From Eledone cirrhosa (Eukaryota), in assembly GCA_964016885.1 (NCBI GenBank), contig OZ024741.1, positions 172,732,001 through 172,796,000 on the forward strand: a DNA stretch of 64,000 nt. The letters are read 5' to 3'. Below, in pieces: positions 1 through 13,959 of the stretch. The notes beneath the pieces are model-generated. The model saw nothing but the letters and a program-made list of their open reading frames with translations. It had not been told where the DNA came from and did no database searches. A program made the position numbers and the translations under genes. Within the stretch, counting starts at the first letter, position 1, and the number at the start of each line of letters is the position of its first letter.

Positions 1-275
1 ATTATAGGATTCTTTGTTAAAAGGGAATACAATATATAGACTCATTTACTCCTGTTCATTAGTCCATTATCATACATACTCACTATATATATATATACAT
101 AAACTGGCTGCAAAATATGAAAGCAATCGGAAGTGAAATGAATTGACTTCAGAGCATTACCTTATCTGATATCACGACGCCAAAGCAAACATATGGACAT
201 TGCATATAGACACATACACATACACACACTCATACACAGACACACAGACACACCTGCATACATACACACATACAT

Positions 276-323
<48 letters not shown>

Positions 324-399
324 ATGTATGTATATATATAGATATATATATATATGTGTATATATATATATATATACTGTATATATATATATATACACG

Positions 400-474
<75 letters not shown>

Positions 475-530
475 GTATGTATATATATATATATATACTG
501 TATATATATACATACATATATATATATATA

Positions 531-651
<121 letters not shown>

Positions 652-830
652 GATATAAACAAATGGAAACTATATTTATAAAACCATATTTATTTCATTA
701 TACATATTTCAAGGACACCAAGTTAAATGATGGTGTGCTTTCATCAGATAAAATATAATATAGATCAGTTTTATAAATAAATATTGACATACCCTTAAAA
801 AATGCAACCATTACTGTTGGAAGCTCCCGG

Positions 831-877
<47 letters not shown>

Positions 878-1086
878 TGTATATATATATACACACACAT
901 ATATATATATATATATATAAATTCCTCTGTTCGATTTTCCAGAACCCTAACTTGTATACACCACAAGCGGATTTTGTTGATTTCGGATTTACAGAAACCT
1001 CACTTGGTTATTTAGTAATTTACAAGTGTTGATCCAGGTATGTTATATATACAGATATGTGCATATATTATGTATATTTTTATATG

Positions 1087-1117
<31 letters not shown>

Positions 1118-2597
1118 ATGTATGTGTGTGTGATTTCCTTTTCTCACTAGTCAGTTCTTTCGTCGCTACAGATCACGCGGCTAAATTAGAGGTCGCTATT
1201 TTCAATTTGCAAAGCCCTTTAAACTGTATGTTATTACTCTGAGGTCTATTCCTTGTCGAGTGCTTGGCTGCACTGCTGAAGGCATTTGTTGGCTTAGCTG
1301 CTGATCGAACTTCGAATATGCTGTACTATTGTATATATATATATATATATATAATAGCACAGCATATTCGAAGTTCGGAAATATAAATAACATAGCTGTC
1401 ATTGACAGATTTGGTTGTGAGTTTTCCCTTCTATATATATCTATATATTCTACAGAAATGTACACTCACTATAATAAACCCACCTATTATTATAATAATA
1501 TATGCTCATTCTGCCATATGTGATTCTGGAAGCAGAGTTTCCTATATACACTTTTTCTCTATATGTAACGGGATAGCCATCACGATTTGTATTTGCTGTG
1601 GTACAGTTGTATGCGGTGCGGTACATTGGTTGAACGCCAACTTGGACATACAGTGAATTTCACCTGGCACGTTGGATTGAGCGACCGAACGTGAGGATTT
1701 GGGGGAATGCCAGTTACTGCGGACCTGGCGTGTTTTCAATTTCCTCACATCTGTGCCGGCTGTATATGTACCATACATTTCTTTAACTCGTCGTACTTTC
1801 TTTTATTTTTTATTTTAGATTTTAGGTGTATATCCCAGACCGCCTATAGTGATAAATCCCCTGGGTATAGGTTTGGGAAAAATAGGGTTATCTCACTTAA
1901 CGTTCGGAACTGGGACATATCGATGCGGTTCGTAGAGTGCGGGTATGATAAGGAGAATCGACCTGTTACAAGGCGATATAATTGGAGTACACCATCCCTC
2001 ATATGGACTATCATACATGTAAGGCTGCACCACTGCTAACCAACTATTCTTTTCACAGACTCATGCTTGCAAACTTTCTTGATCTGCCTGTTCACCCTCT
2101 TTTTGCACTGCTTGTGCTTTGATGCATCCGGGTTTTTTGTTCCTTTATCGTTTTGTATTTTTATATTTATCTCTTTTCTTACCCCTGTATTTTAGTACTT
2201 TTTTATAATTTTTTTTATTATTTTCTTATATTTTCTTATTGTTTCTGATCATGCTGAGTAATACCCTCGCTCATCCCTTGCTACCCTCTCCCAACCTCTT
2301 TATCATCTATTGCACCATTTAAGTGATAAATTTTGGTGTAATTTTTAATTTTTACATTTTTAAGACATTTTATGACATTATGTGCATCATGTATTCTGTC
2401 TTTTTCCATATAGCGCTGGCCTCAGGACCCACCTGTGGGTCCTTTAACCTTGTTCTGGTGACGCAGCTCGATGGAGCATGCAACTACTGATATACTCATG
2501 TTTATAGGTTCTGATTATTTCTGCCATGGTGTATGGATGAAACACTGTTAGCTAATAAAACAATGTAATTCTAAGCACTTTTTGGTTATTCCTATAA

Positions 2598-2673
<76 letters not shown>

Positions 2674-2675
2674 GC

Positions 2676-2724
<49 letters not shown>

Positions 2725-2726
<2 letters not shown>

Positions 2727-3985
2727 CTTCTGGTTTTATAATTTCACAAATGTTTACCAATAGAGAGAGAGTCGGTTTCTAACATAGACACAAGACTCTC
2801 TCATTGGAATTTACACAACATCAATTAGGTAGATTATGTATGCATGTCTGCATGTGTAGATATGGATGTTATTGTGTATGTATGGATGTGTATGTTTTGA
2901 GTTGCATGTCTGCATGTGTATATGCTTTGTATCTGTACATGTGTATATACAGTTATTAGATGCAACATTTTTGGAATGTTTTACATATTTTTACTGTTCC
3001 ATTAATGGATTGTACTTGCAATTTCCTAACTAGTTGTGTTCTTTCTGTTCCTGTGAAGCCTAGCTTCTCCAGATTTTATTGAGGCAGTTACTAACATATC
3101 CCAGTGCCCCAATAATCACAGGCATAAATCTGAAGGTGTAATCAGGGTGGAGTATCTGCAAATTTCTCATCAGTTCTGCATAACTATTCTCCTTTTAGCT
3201 AATCTTTGATATTATATTGGCATCTGCTGGGCACCTAATTTCCACTACAGTGCATGCTTTCTTCTCCCTGTCCCATATCATAATATCTGGTCTGTTATGC
3301 CCGCATTTTATTGGGGTTTTTACTGGAACATTCCACCAATACTCTTCCATATTATGTACATGGATGTCTTCCACATTGCTGTAGCTTTTGATGTGTTTAT
3401 TATCAGGGCTATCCATTTTACGAACAGCATTGTACAGTGTTTTGGCCACTACATCATGCATCATAGGTAGATAGTACCGCGATGACATCTTTGGACAGCT
3501 GCTGATGACATGGGTGACATCCTCGATATTAATTCTGCAGAGTCTGTACTTGTTATCACATCTAGGTGTTTTGCCTGCATCCCTATCTCTTTTGTGAATC
3601 AGGTATTTCGTGTTAATCTCCTGTTCTTGGATTGCAAAAGCGTATCCTTCAAAATGGGAGCCAATATAGCGTTTGTTGGTCCAAGATAGACTACTTTCCT
3701 TATCTATATTACTCTCCCTCTGGAGTTTCCTGGCAACATATCCATGCATGATTTTTTGCTGATAAGCATGCAGTTTTTCATCCATGGATTCACTGCGATA
3801 CTGCTGAGCGACTTCCCTGTGTGTGAGTTTTTGATTATCACACAGGGAATATCTCTCGAGAAGTTCCTTCCCAACTCTCATGATCTTATCTGCTTCATGC
3901 AGATAGACTTGCTCAAGAAACGGGCTCCTACGCTTCGAGGTTCGTACATGTTGTGGGAGAGATATGATGCGACATTCAAATGTTG
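2725..3985 (-). mobile_element. 5'-truncated R4/Dong-like RLE non-LTR retrotransposon, family B (C-terminal Zn finger, RLE and 3' UTR)
   Basis: ORF 3195-3881 has YRLCRINIEDVTHVISSCP (CCHC), MHD (RHD), RPDIMIWD and VEIRCPAD (PD-D/ExK). The 3' UTR is shared with copies at 28.7, 52.9, 53.5 and 55.1 kb. Flanked by (TG)n and (TATG)n. Confidence 0.88.
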
Positions 3986-4009
3986 TATGTATGTATGTAT
4001 GTATGTATG

Positions 4010-4040
<31 letters not shown>

Positions 4041-4123
4041 CAGGTAAACAGAAATAACAACACAACCGGTACAGTATATGGAAGGAATATATGAGGTTAA
4101 TGCTTGAAATAGCAGGAAGGGTG

Positions 4124-4159
4124 TCTTAACGTTTTGGACGCTAGTCCTTTATCAGAAGA
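4124..4159 (-). ncRNA. Degenerate minimal hammerhead-like motif (Penelope-type), probably inactive
   Basis: Minus strand reads tctt-CTGATAA-aggac-tagc-gtcc-AAAAC-GTT-aaga. Stems I and II pair, but there are two core substitutions relative to CUGANGA/GAAA. Confidence 0.45.
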
Positions 4160-4334
4160 AAGAATGAGAAATACGATAGATTGAAGGGACGGGCGGGGTG
4201 GCATTGTAAAAAATTTCTTTAAGTAAAAGTAACGGGTCCAATATATTCAATTGAAGAAAGTTGGTTGATTGAAAATCTGTCGACTTTTATTTAACAGAGT
4301 AAAGCACTCCACGTTTTTTTTCATCCGGAATATT

Positions 4335-4566
4335 ATTATAATAATAAACAAGAAAGGCGGTTTCATTTGTACATCCCTATTCATTTTGTTATATATATTT
4401 CAAAGACGTAAGGCAGTTGTATAACAGCGCCCTAAGTCTCGTTTGGATCTTTGTCTGAAGAGAACACGTAGGCAGTTATTATCCAACTGGCTTCCGTCTT
4501 TGAAATACGTATAACAAAGTAAATAGGGATTTACAAAGGAAACCGTCTTTCTTGTTTACTATTATT
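4335..4566. repeat. Imperfect inverted repeat (MITE-like hairpin, arms about 85-90 bp)
   Basis: aaacaagaaaggcggtttcatttgtacatccctatt... is the approximate reverse complement of ...aatagggatttacaaaggaaaccgtctttcttgttt. Confidence 0.75.
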
Positions 4567-4576
4567 ATTATTATTA

Positions 4577-4762
4577 GGGGCGGTAGATTGGCAGTATCGG
4601 GAGAGGGTCGGACGCCATGCTTTCCAGCATAGTTACGTCCCTTTACGATCTGAGTTCAAATCCCACGGAGGTTGACTTTGCCTTTCATCCTTACGGTGTC
4701 GATAAAATAAAGTACCAGTAATGCACTGGATAATTGCTGGCCTTGTGCCTAAAGTAGAAACA

Positions 4763-4795
<33 letters not shown>
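4577..4795 (+). mobile_element. tRNA-derived SINE with (ATT)n tail
   Basis: A-box-like tggcagtatcgg, B-box gagttcaaatccc, conserved core tttgcctttcatccttacgg..tcgataaaataaagtaccag. Many copies in the window. Confidence 0.9.
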
Positions 4796-4796
<1 letters not shown>

Positions 4797-7700
4797 TTTG
4801 AGTCTCAGTCATTAATGTTAGTTAACTGGAAAGTTTGTTGAAATGAATATCAAGCCACTACCTGCAGCCTCAGATATTCAGGACGTATCGGAGGGTTCTT
4901 GCTGTTCCCAGCAAGCATGCCTTTTGAAGCGTTCCAAAAAGCGTGAAGGGGCTAATTTTCTTTAACCATCCCTGGAAACCTTTTGCGATAGTACCTAGTG
5001 CGCCTATGACAATCGGGACCACTTTGACTTCATGGCAGTTCCAAATCCTTTTTACTTCCCACTTTAAGTCCTGGTATCGGTTAATTTTCTCCCTCTCCTT
5101 CTCTTGCACTCTCGTGTCGAATGGGCAGGCCACATCCACAATCAGGCACGATCTTTTTTCTTTGTCCACAACCACCAGGTCAGGTCTATTGTGTTCCAGT
5201 TTATTGTCCGTCTGTATCCTAAAATCCCACAGCTCCTTCACCTGATCGTTTTCTATCACCGACTCTGGCTTATGCTCATACCACTTCTCAGAATGTGGTA
5301 AATTGTTTACCTTGCATAGGTGCCAGTGGATCACCCTGCCCATCACATCATGTCTCCAACCCTTATAGTGATTCTGGACTAGGTGTTTACACTCGGATAT
5401 AATGTGAGCCACAGTCTCCTCTCTCTCTCCACAGATCCTGCACAGTGGGCTAGCCTCCTCCTTGTAAATATGGTGTTTCAACCACTTCGTTTTGAGGGCC
5501 TGCTCTTGCGCAGCCATTAACATTCCTTCTGTAGCCTTTTTAAGGTCTCCTCTTTTCAACCAGTTCCATGTCTGTGGATCTCTGAATTCAGTTTTCTCAA
5601 AGAAGGTACCATGAAGGGATTTTTCCTGAAGGCTGCTCTTCCTCCTTGATGTTATTTCCTCCTTGGACATCCCCTGGTCTATTGTCCTCTCCTTCAGTAC
5701 AGTTCTGAGCATTGGCTCCTTACTATCAGTCACGTATTTGTGTAGGTTGTTTTTCTCCATCTGAACACAGTCTTCTATGCTAATAAGACCTCTTCCAGCT
5801 TCAGATCTCCTTAAGTAGAGTCTATCGACATCACTCCTCTTGTGGAACATGTTGTAGATAGTCAATAGCTTCCTAGTCTTCCTATCCATTTCTTTTTGTT
5901 CAGCAACATTCCATCTCAGAATTCCCGCACTGTACCTAATAATAGACACAGCTCGGGAATTTACTGCACTTATGGTATTCCTACTGTTCAGATGTGACTT
6001 TAATACGCTCCTTACTCTCCGAATGTATTCAGTTTTTATCAATTTCTTCATTTTTTGTTCTTGATGTCATCAGCCTCCAGAACACCCAAATACTTGTATT
6101 CTTCCTCAGTGTCAATTTCCTTTATCATCTCACCTGTTGGTACCTGGATTCCGTTACTTCTGCTCAATTTACCCCTCTTCATCACAAGGACTCCACACTT
6201 ACTAATACCAAATTGCATACATATATCATTGCTGAAAATACGGACAGTGTCAACAAGCACATCCAACTCCTTCTCACTCTTCCCGAAGAGCTTAAGATCG
6301 TCAATGAAGAGGAGGTGATTGATGGTAAGCCCTCCCTTTCCCAATCTGTATCCTGCTCTCACTTTTCGCAGTATACTGGTCAGGGGCATCAGGGCAAGGA
6401 CAAACAACAGAGGGGACAGACTATCTCCCTGGAAGATACCTCTCTTGATCTTCACGCTTCCCAAGGATTCTCCAGCTGATGTTAACTCTGTTTCCCAGGA
6501 CCTCATACTTTTGCCCAACAACTGTCTGATGTTATCTGCCACCATTGAAGATCTCCAGGCTTTTGGTGATCGAAGAATGAAGCACCATGTCAAATGCCTT
6601 TTTGTAGTCTATCCATCCCATGGCAAGACCAGTGTGTCTCTTCTTGCAATTCCTCATTACCATCTTATCAATAAGTAACTGGTCCTTTGTACTACAGGAC
6701 TTCTTTCGGCATCCTTTCTGTTCGTCCGGTAACAAGTTGTTTGTGTGGAGGTGATGGTAGATTTCCTCAGACATAATGCTTGTCAACAGTTTCCACATAC
6801 GGACAGACATGTGATAGGTCTATAGTTGGTAACATCATTACCCTTGATTCGGTCTTTCATTATCAGAACTGTGGTACCTTTTGTCAACCACTCTGGTACC
6901 TCACCTGACATCAAGTAGTCATTGAACATGGTTGTCAGTTTAGGGTGGAGGGATGTTATATTTTTAATCCAATACTCCTGCACGGCATCTGGGCCTGGTG
7001 ATTTCCAGTTGGTTAGTTTTTTGGCCTGCCCCTTAAGAGTTTCAACTGTGATACTCAAATCAGTTTGTTGGTGTGCCTGTTCACTAATCTCCTTCTGTAC
7101 TGTCTCAATCCACACTACCTGGTGATTATGTTTAACATCCTGCTCCCATATTCCTCTCCAGAATGTTTTAGTTTGTTCCGCCTCAGGGATCAAGTCGTTG
7201 CCTCTTTCTTTCCCTTCAAGCTGTCCAAACAGCATCATCTGGTTGTTGTCAAACAGGCGGTTCTGTCTATACTGACTGACTCTGTTCTCGTATCGCCTGA
7301 TTTTTGCACTCTTTGCTACAATGCGTTGCTTCAGTTCCTCTATGATAATATTTAGCTTTTTCCTCCTAGTTTTGTACTTTATTTCCAGTCTATTTTTAGT
7401 TTCTATTTTTTGTAGTGTCCCATTCAGTAGGGACTCAAGCTTTACAATGTCATTTCTCATTTCCCTGATTTGATCACTCAGTCGTTTCTTCCACCAAGGC
7501 TCTGATCTTTCTTGTTTGTTGTTTTCTCTTGCTTTTATACCAAGTAATTTCCTCACCGTATTTGCTGTTGCTTTGAGGATATTGTTGCACTGGTGAAGGC
7601 TCCTCGCCTCAAGGTATGGGATGACTTTGTTTACCTTAGCTGTTGTTTCTTTTAACTTTTTCCTGTCTACAAATCTTAGGTTCATAGGTTTCCCACTATC

Positions 7701-8294
7701 ATTGTTCAATTCATCTACCACTAAGTGTAGGATATCAACCAAATCTTGTCCTAGCCCGTCAGCATTCATCTCCTCAGTGGCCGTATCTCTGTTCCAGGTA
7801 TTATTTATTTCAGCATTCAGATCATTGTCGGCTTCGGATGGTTCCTCCGTTCTCTCAACCTCTTCACCTTCATTTCCCACTGGCTCGTTTGCCTGGCATA
7901 CTCCACTCTCCATTTCCAAGCTAATCTCTCTGCTCAGTTCCTCCAGTTCCAGCTCACTTATCCACCCATTAGTTCTTATTACCCGAGCCTACCCGGCCAA
8001 TTTTTGTTCATCTAATTTAAATAGACCAATCTCGTTCCAGATGTTATGCATCCGTTTCCTATAGCCTTTCTCCTTGGGGTTACTCTTCAGGTAACATTGC
8101 ATAACAGTTCTATTCAATTCTTTCGTCCAGTTGGTTCTGGTCCCTTTCCTTCTTCTTCTTCCTCCGACACCAGCAGTATTTGGTTGACAGCCAGGTCCCT
8201 GCTGCTGAGCCAGGGAGCACCTGTTGGGTGAGAGTCTGTCACATGACATTCTAGTCTCCACTTCACCGTTATTCGAACTGTTTAGGTTCGACAT
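4796..8294 (-). mobile_element. Near full-length R4/Dong-clade RLE non-LTR retrotransposon, family A (single ORF broken by stops and frameshifts); 5' UTR may extend to about 9480
   Basis: ORF pieces 8294-7989, 7919-6783, 6810-6532, 6593-6048 and 6051-4870. N-terminal WTKELN..GYRKRM..EQKLAG; RT motifs [53 protein letters not shown]; CCHC CRIC..H..SEC; RHD; RPD..DVACP..K RLE. The 3' end abuts (TAA)n. Confidence 0.93.
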
Positions 8295-8681
8295 TTAAAC
8301 ACTCTTATCGAGGATTGGCGAATGTATGGTTACATAACCACCGGTGATTTCGTCACTTCCGGTGATTTTTGTGTGGCATTATCACGCTGTAGACGAACAT
8401 AAATAAACAAACAAACAAACAGGCAAAAAACAACCCAAAAATGAATACGCATAAGTTTCATTGTAATGTAATGTTTGAATGTCTGACTTAGTTTTTCCTT
8501 TCCCTCTCCGTCTGTCTGTTTGTTCTTCTCTTCATTTTTCTTTTCTTTACGTTTTTCGTTGTTGCTGTGCTGCTTTGATTTTGATTTTGGTTTTTTTGAT
8601 TTTGACCGGGTCATCAATTCAGTCTGTTTATATATTTTGATGCCTTCCTCTTTTAGTGGGGACACTACGATGTAGCAGGAT

Positions 8682-8827
8682 GTAGTGGGAGAGAATAGCG
8701 GCGGTAGTGATAATGAGGCAGTGGTGGTGGTGGTGCTGTGCTAGTAGTACCTAGCAGGAGGTAGTGGGAGAGAATAGCGGCGGAAGCGATAATGAGGCAG
8801 TGGTGGTGGTGATGTGATCGTAGTACT
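8682..8827. repeat. Two-copy tandem repeat of about 79 bp, with a related degenerate copy near 9070-9170
   Basis: gtagtgggagagaatagcggcgg...gataatgaggcagtggtggtggtg...tagtac occurs twice. Confidence 0.7.
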
Positions 8828-9491
8828 GTAGTGATGGTGTTGAAGTTGAAGTAGAAATAGAGGTTGAGGCAACTTGACCAGAGTTTTTAGTGTGGCAGTG
8901 GTGGTGGTGTTGGTGGTGAAATTATCTTTAGCTATTTAGCTATTTAGTCATTTTGCCATTTTCCTCCTTTTCGACTCCAACATCCCTGATCCAAAATTAA
9001 ATATTAATATTGTTTATTAATATTGTCTAGTGGTACCGCCACCTTCCCCCTTCGTAAGTTAACAGAAGGTAATGGGGGAATAGCGGTGGTAGCAATGAAG
9101 GAGTGGTGGCGGCGGTGATGGGATAGTGGTAGCAATGATGGATGGAGTGGTGGCGACGGTGACTATAGTGATGGCGTTGTCGTTACTGAGTTTTGTTGAA
9201 TAGACTGTAGTTTGTTTGGTCGGTGAATCTATGCGGTTAGTCGCGTATGTTTAATATATGTGTTGACATATTCTCTTAATATTGGAATTAAACATTTTGT
9301 GAAAACTTGAGACAATAATAATAGTAATTATAATTATTATGCTGGGATTGGTGGTGGTGGTGGTGAAATTGCCGTTATCTGGCTGTTTTATTTAGTGTAC
9401 ACAGAGGAGTGATGGCGTAGGTGGTGTATCTAGTTTGTGGTGTTGGTGACATTGCTGTTATTTGGCTGTTCTATATAGTGTAATTATTATG

Positions 9492-9573
<82 letters not shown>

Positions 9574-9740
9574 GACAGAGTCATCAGACAAGAACATGTC
9601 TCATGACGTTGTGGTAAGCAGGCGAAACTCCAAAGTAAAAATACTCACAATTTAACCATAATAAAATGAATATTAAAATTCTACTTCGCTATTGAGTACT
9701 CTTTTTCACAGTCGTCAACCACGTACAAATATATATATAT

Positions 9741-10241
<501 letters not shown>

Positions 10242-10566
10242 AGAAAGGGAGAGAGATAGTAAGAGAGAGGGAGAGAGATAGTTAGATAGATAGATAGATA
10301 ACTTTCTATTTATTTGCCACCAGGGCATCAAAGATTGGGACAAATACAAGAGGGGCAGTTTACATACATTTCAAGGGACGTGTAAAAACATATGACAAAT
10401 CAAATTCAACAATTGAAGTCCTCAATAGGGAGGGGGCGTTGACGTGGGTCGCCCCCCCCCCTCCCCTCCCCGACCCTCCCACCCCCCGAAAAAATCTGCA
10501 ACCCTCCCCCTCAGGAGCACAAAGAGCGGGTGTTCCCTTCCTCTCCTCCTTCCTCTCCTCTCTCAC

Positions 10567-13500
10567 CTACAGGCTGATATAGAGAGAAGGCCCATTCTCT
10601 CGGGCCATTCTCGCCACTTTCACCCACCTTTCATAAAACTTACTGGGTTAGAGCACCTCTTTCTCCATTCTGATCCTTCTTCTAAAATGGTACTTGAAAA
10701 AAAGGACCAGTTGTTGGCTGGAGAGAAAAGTGTCTGACCTCAGCCCTACAACCTCGTCAACCATACAACCTCTTTCGCCATAGCTATCACACAGAGGAAA
10801 ATCGCCTCTCCTTCGTTTTTGAAGGGGGGAGGAGGTTTGATCGTGACAATGTACTCGGTGGTCAACCGGATTGGTCCCACCCGGGACAGTAGTCGTTCCA
10901 CATAGCCCCACAGGTCAGCAACGCCCCGGCAGTGTAAGAATGCGTGCTCGACGGTTTCCTTGTCACGCACGCATCTCGGACAGAGCTTCTTCGAGGGGTC
11001 CCTACCCGGGCGCCCGTGTCTGTAGAGCTTGTCCCGAACGGGTAGAGCTCCTTGGTAGCACTGTCAAGCCAGGGACATTTGGAAGTTGTCCATCGGTCCC
11101 GGGCCAAACGTCCTACCGAACAGACTGGCTAGCTCGTCTTCCTCCATGCCCAGAGCCTCTCCGAGAGCGTCGTCGCACTTGCTGCGCATCAACCCTCTAT
11201 AGAATGTTGAGGATCCGCTTTCCAGAGGGCCGTGAGCGCCTGGGCACATTCAATGTGCCAGTCGCCCACTTTTCTCCGTCCTTGCTTGACCCAGGATTGC
11301 AGCTCTGTGAGTTAGACGAGTCTAGGAAAGGCTCGTCTCACAAAAGGGGCCCACACCAGCTGACCGGTGAGGAATACCTGAAGGTGCTGTAGCCTTAATG
11401 CGTGTCTACGCATCGTCAGCCACGGCATCCCCAGCCCTCCGTTCGAAGGGTGTTGGCAGCAGATGGATCTTCTCACTAAAGGGGCCGGCTTCTTCCAAAG
11501 GAATCGGAAGAGCGCGCGCTCCATTTTGGTGAGCGTTTTCGCTGGGCAAGGCACGACGGTCAAGCGGTAGTAGATGACGGACGCTATATAAGTGTTCGCC
11601 ACCTCCGTTCGACCTTTCAGGGATAGTTTGCACTCGGCCCACTTCTGGGCGAGTGCAAACACCCTGCCCGTTACCTCGTCCCAGTTTTTCTCCACCTGGA
11701 GGTCCGGTCCGAACCAGACCCCGAACAGCTTCACCGGTCCCTCCGTCCAGCGTCCGACGACGCCGTCGAAGGGCATTGGTTTGCCTCTCCACGTTCCGAG
11801 TTGAAAACCGACGGACTTGTCCCGGTTCAGCTTGGCTCCTGTAAACCTTTCGCATTCCACCAGTAAGGTGCCGATCTACCCGATTTCCGAGGTGCACGAC
11901 ACCATTCTGTCACGTCATCGGCGTAGGCCGACACCGCTTTCCGCAATTCCGGTTCCAAGGGGATTCCCTGCAACAGCTCCAACTTCCGCAGTAGTGGCTC
12001 GAGAGCCATCACATACAGAAGGGAGGAGAGAGGGCATCCCTGTCGGATGGATCGCGCGATTTGGAACGGCTCCGAGAGGTAGCCGTTCACCTTGACCCTC
12101 GAGCAGGTGTTGCTACTGTGCATTGCAGCAATCCAGCCCCTGAAAACGGGTCCGAAGCCTACCGCCGCGAGCACCGCATCCAGGTACCGATGGTCGACCC
12201 TATCGAACGCCTTAGATTGATCGAAGTTGATCAGGGCCCCACCAAAGCCGGGTTCGTTCCCTACCCTCTCTACGATGTATCGCATGAGGTGGAGGTTGTC
12301 GTGTATGGACCTGGACGGGATTGCGCATGTCTGCGCTTCTCCCACCAGGTTCCCGACGACAAGCGCCAACCTCTTCGCTAACACCTTGGCCAAAATCTTT
12401 AACTCTGTGTTTAGCAGAATTATTGGCCTGAAGTTATCTATGTCATCCCCCTTGTTCTCGTCCTTCCTCACCAGCGTGACTACGCCTTGGTCACAGAACT
12501 GGGAATTCTCCCGTTCTGTTGCCAGCTGCAGTAGACCGCCTCGAGGAGATCGGAGAAAAAGTCCGGCATCGCTACATAAAGTTCGTATGGTAGACCGTCG
12601 AGACCGGGAGATTTGCGTTTGCCGCATAGGCTCAGCACTTCCCCTAATTCAGCGGCTGAAATCGGCCTTGCGCATGACTTCGCCTCCTCGTCTGAGAGGC
12701 GCGTCAGACCGTCGAGGTATGGACCGAAACCCATGGCCTCACCCGGCCCGCCGCCCCTCCCGATCAGTCGTGCAAAGCGCCGTTGAAAGGCCGCGCACAT
12801 CCGCTCAGATTCAAGGATCACGCGTCCATCCAGGTCTTATATCCACTTTTTGCCTCTGTCACTCGGGCCCAGCTAACAGCTTTGGCTCCCTCGTTACCCA
12901 GAGCACGTATTTTACTCCTGACAACACAACCCTCGGGCTTCGCGTCAAAGAACTGGTCTAGGGCCGTTCTTGACGCCAGCACGCCGGCCACGTTGCCCCT
13001 CCTAATCGTCTCTTCTACTCTATCTATCAATTCCCTTTCAGTTCTATTCCTATCTGATGCTAATTCCTGACTAAAACCTATCGATTCTATTCTAATTTCT
13101 CTCTTGAGGGAGCCCCACCACCTGCTGTTGACAATTGCCCCCGTCAACCGCTGCTTAACTAGAGTGCTAATCCGCTTACTGTAAGCTTTGTTTGTCGGTA
13201 AGGACAAGTTTAGCTTCCAGTAACCGGGTCCTTGTCTATGGGTTCTATCAAGGTTGACCACTCCGGTCACCAACTTGTGATCCGAATAGTCAACCATAAA
13301 CATTCGTGGACAGCTTAATATCCCTATCCTTATTTCTCACTAGCAACCTATCTAGGTACGACCTAGATGTTCCGCTGAGATTAGTCCACGACCACAGTGG
13401 CACAGTCGGAAAATCTAGTCGATATCTATCGGCCAGATCAAATCGGCCGATTAACCGTTTGAGCCTGTTGCACCCCCTCTATCGGGACATTCCCCTACAT

Positions 13501-13954
13501 AGTCCCAACGTGTATCCAGGATACCATTCCAGTCCCCATTAAAAGCAAGGAACGAGACGTTCCCAGAAATGTCTCTAGGCGTTGGAAGAAGTCCGGTAAC
13601 GGTGTCCCAGATGGGGCATACGCTGACACCAGCCTGAAGGCTCCACCTTCACTACTGCCTACGTCTAGGACCACCAGTCGACCCTCCAGGTCCAGGTGTA
13701 CCTTCCGTGTTGCGAGGCCCAGGTGTTTTCGCAGCAGAATGACCACCCCGCCCCCACACCCCCGGCTGACAGAGTTATGCATAGATCTCAAAGTCGTCGA
13801 AGATTGGGGCCAGTTGGTGCTCGCTGCTGATCCTGGACTCGCAAATAGCTATCACATCCATTCTGTGCGACCTGAGGTCATTTAAGAGTTTGCCCTGCTT
13901 CCACGACATCCCCAGGCCGCGCACATTTAAACATCCAACTCTTATAACAGCCAT
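10567..13954 (-). pseudogene. Tx1 ORF2 (APE endonuclease, RT, C-terminal Zn finger), frameshifted
   Basis: MAVIRVGCLNVRGL, AICESR, SAYAP, YSDH..PGYWKLN, KSPGLDGLPYE, FRPIILLNTELKILAK, DQSKAFDRVDH, RQGCPLS, AYADDV, ETVEHAFLHC. Confidence 0.92.
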
Positions 13955-13959
13955 GCTGG

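Noticed and set aside
4577-4765. tRNA gene
   Set aside because: A and B boxes are present but no cloverleaf; multicopy SINE with a simple-repeat tail.
12227-12961. 244-aa plus-strand ORF and other antisense ORFs over LINEs
   Set aside because: Shadow frames of GC-rich Tx1, CR1, RTE or Dong coding sequence; no motifs.
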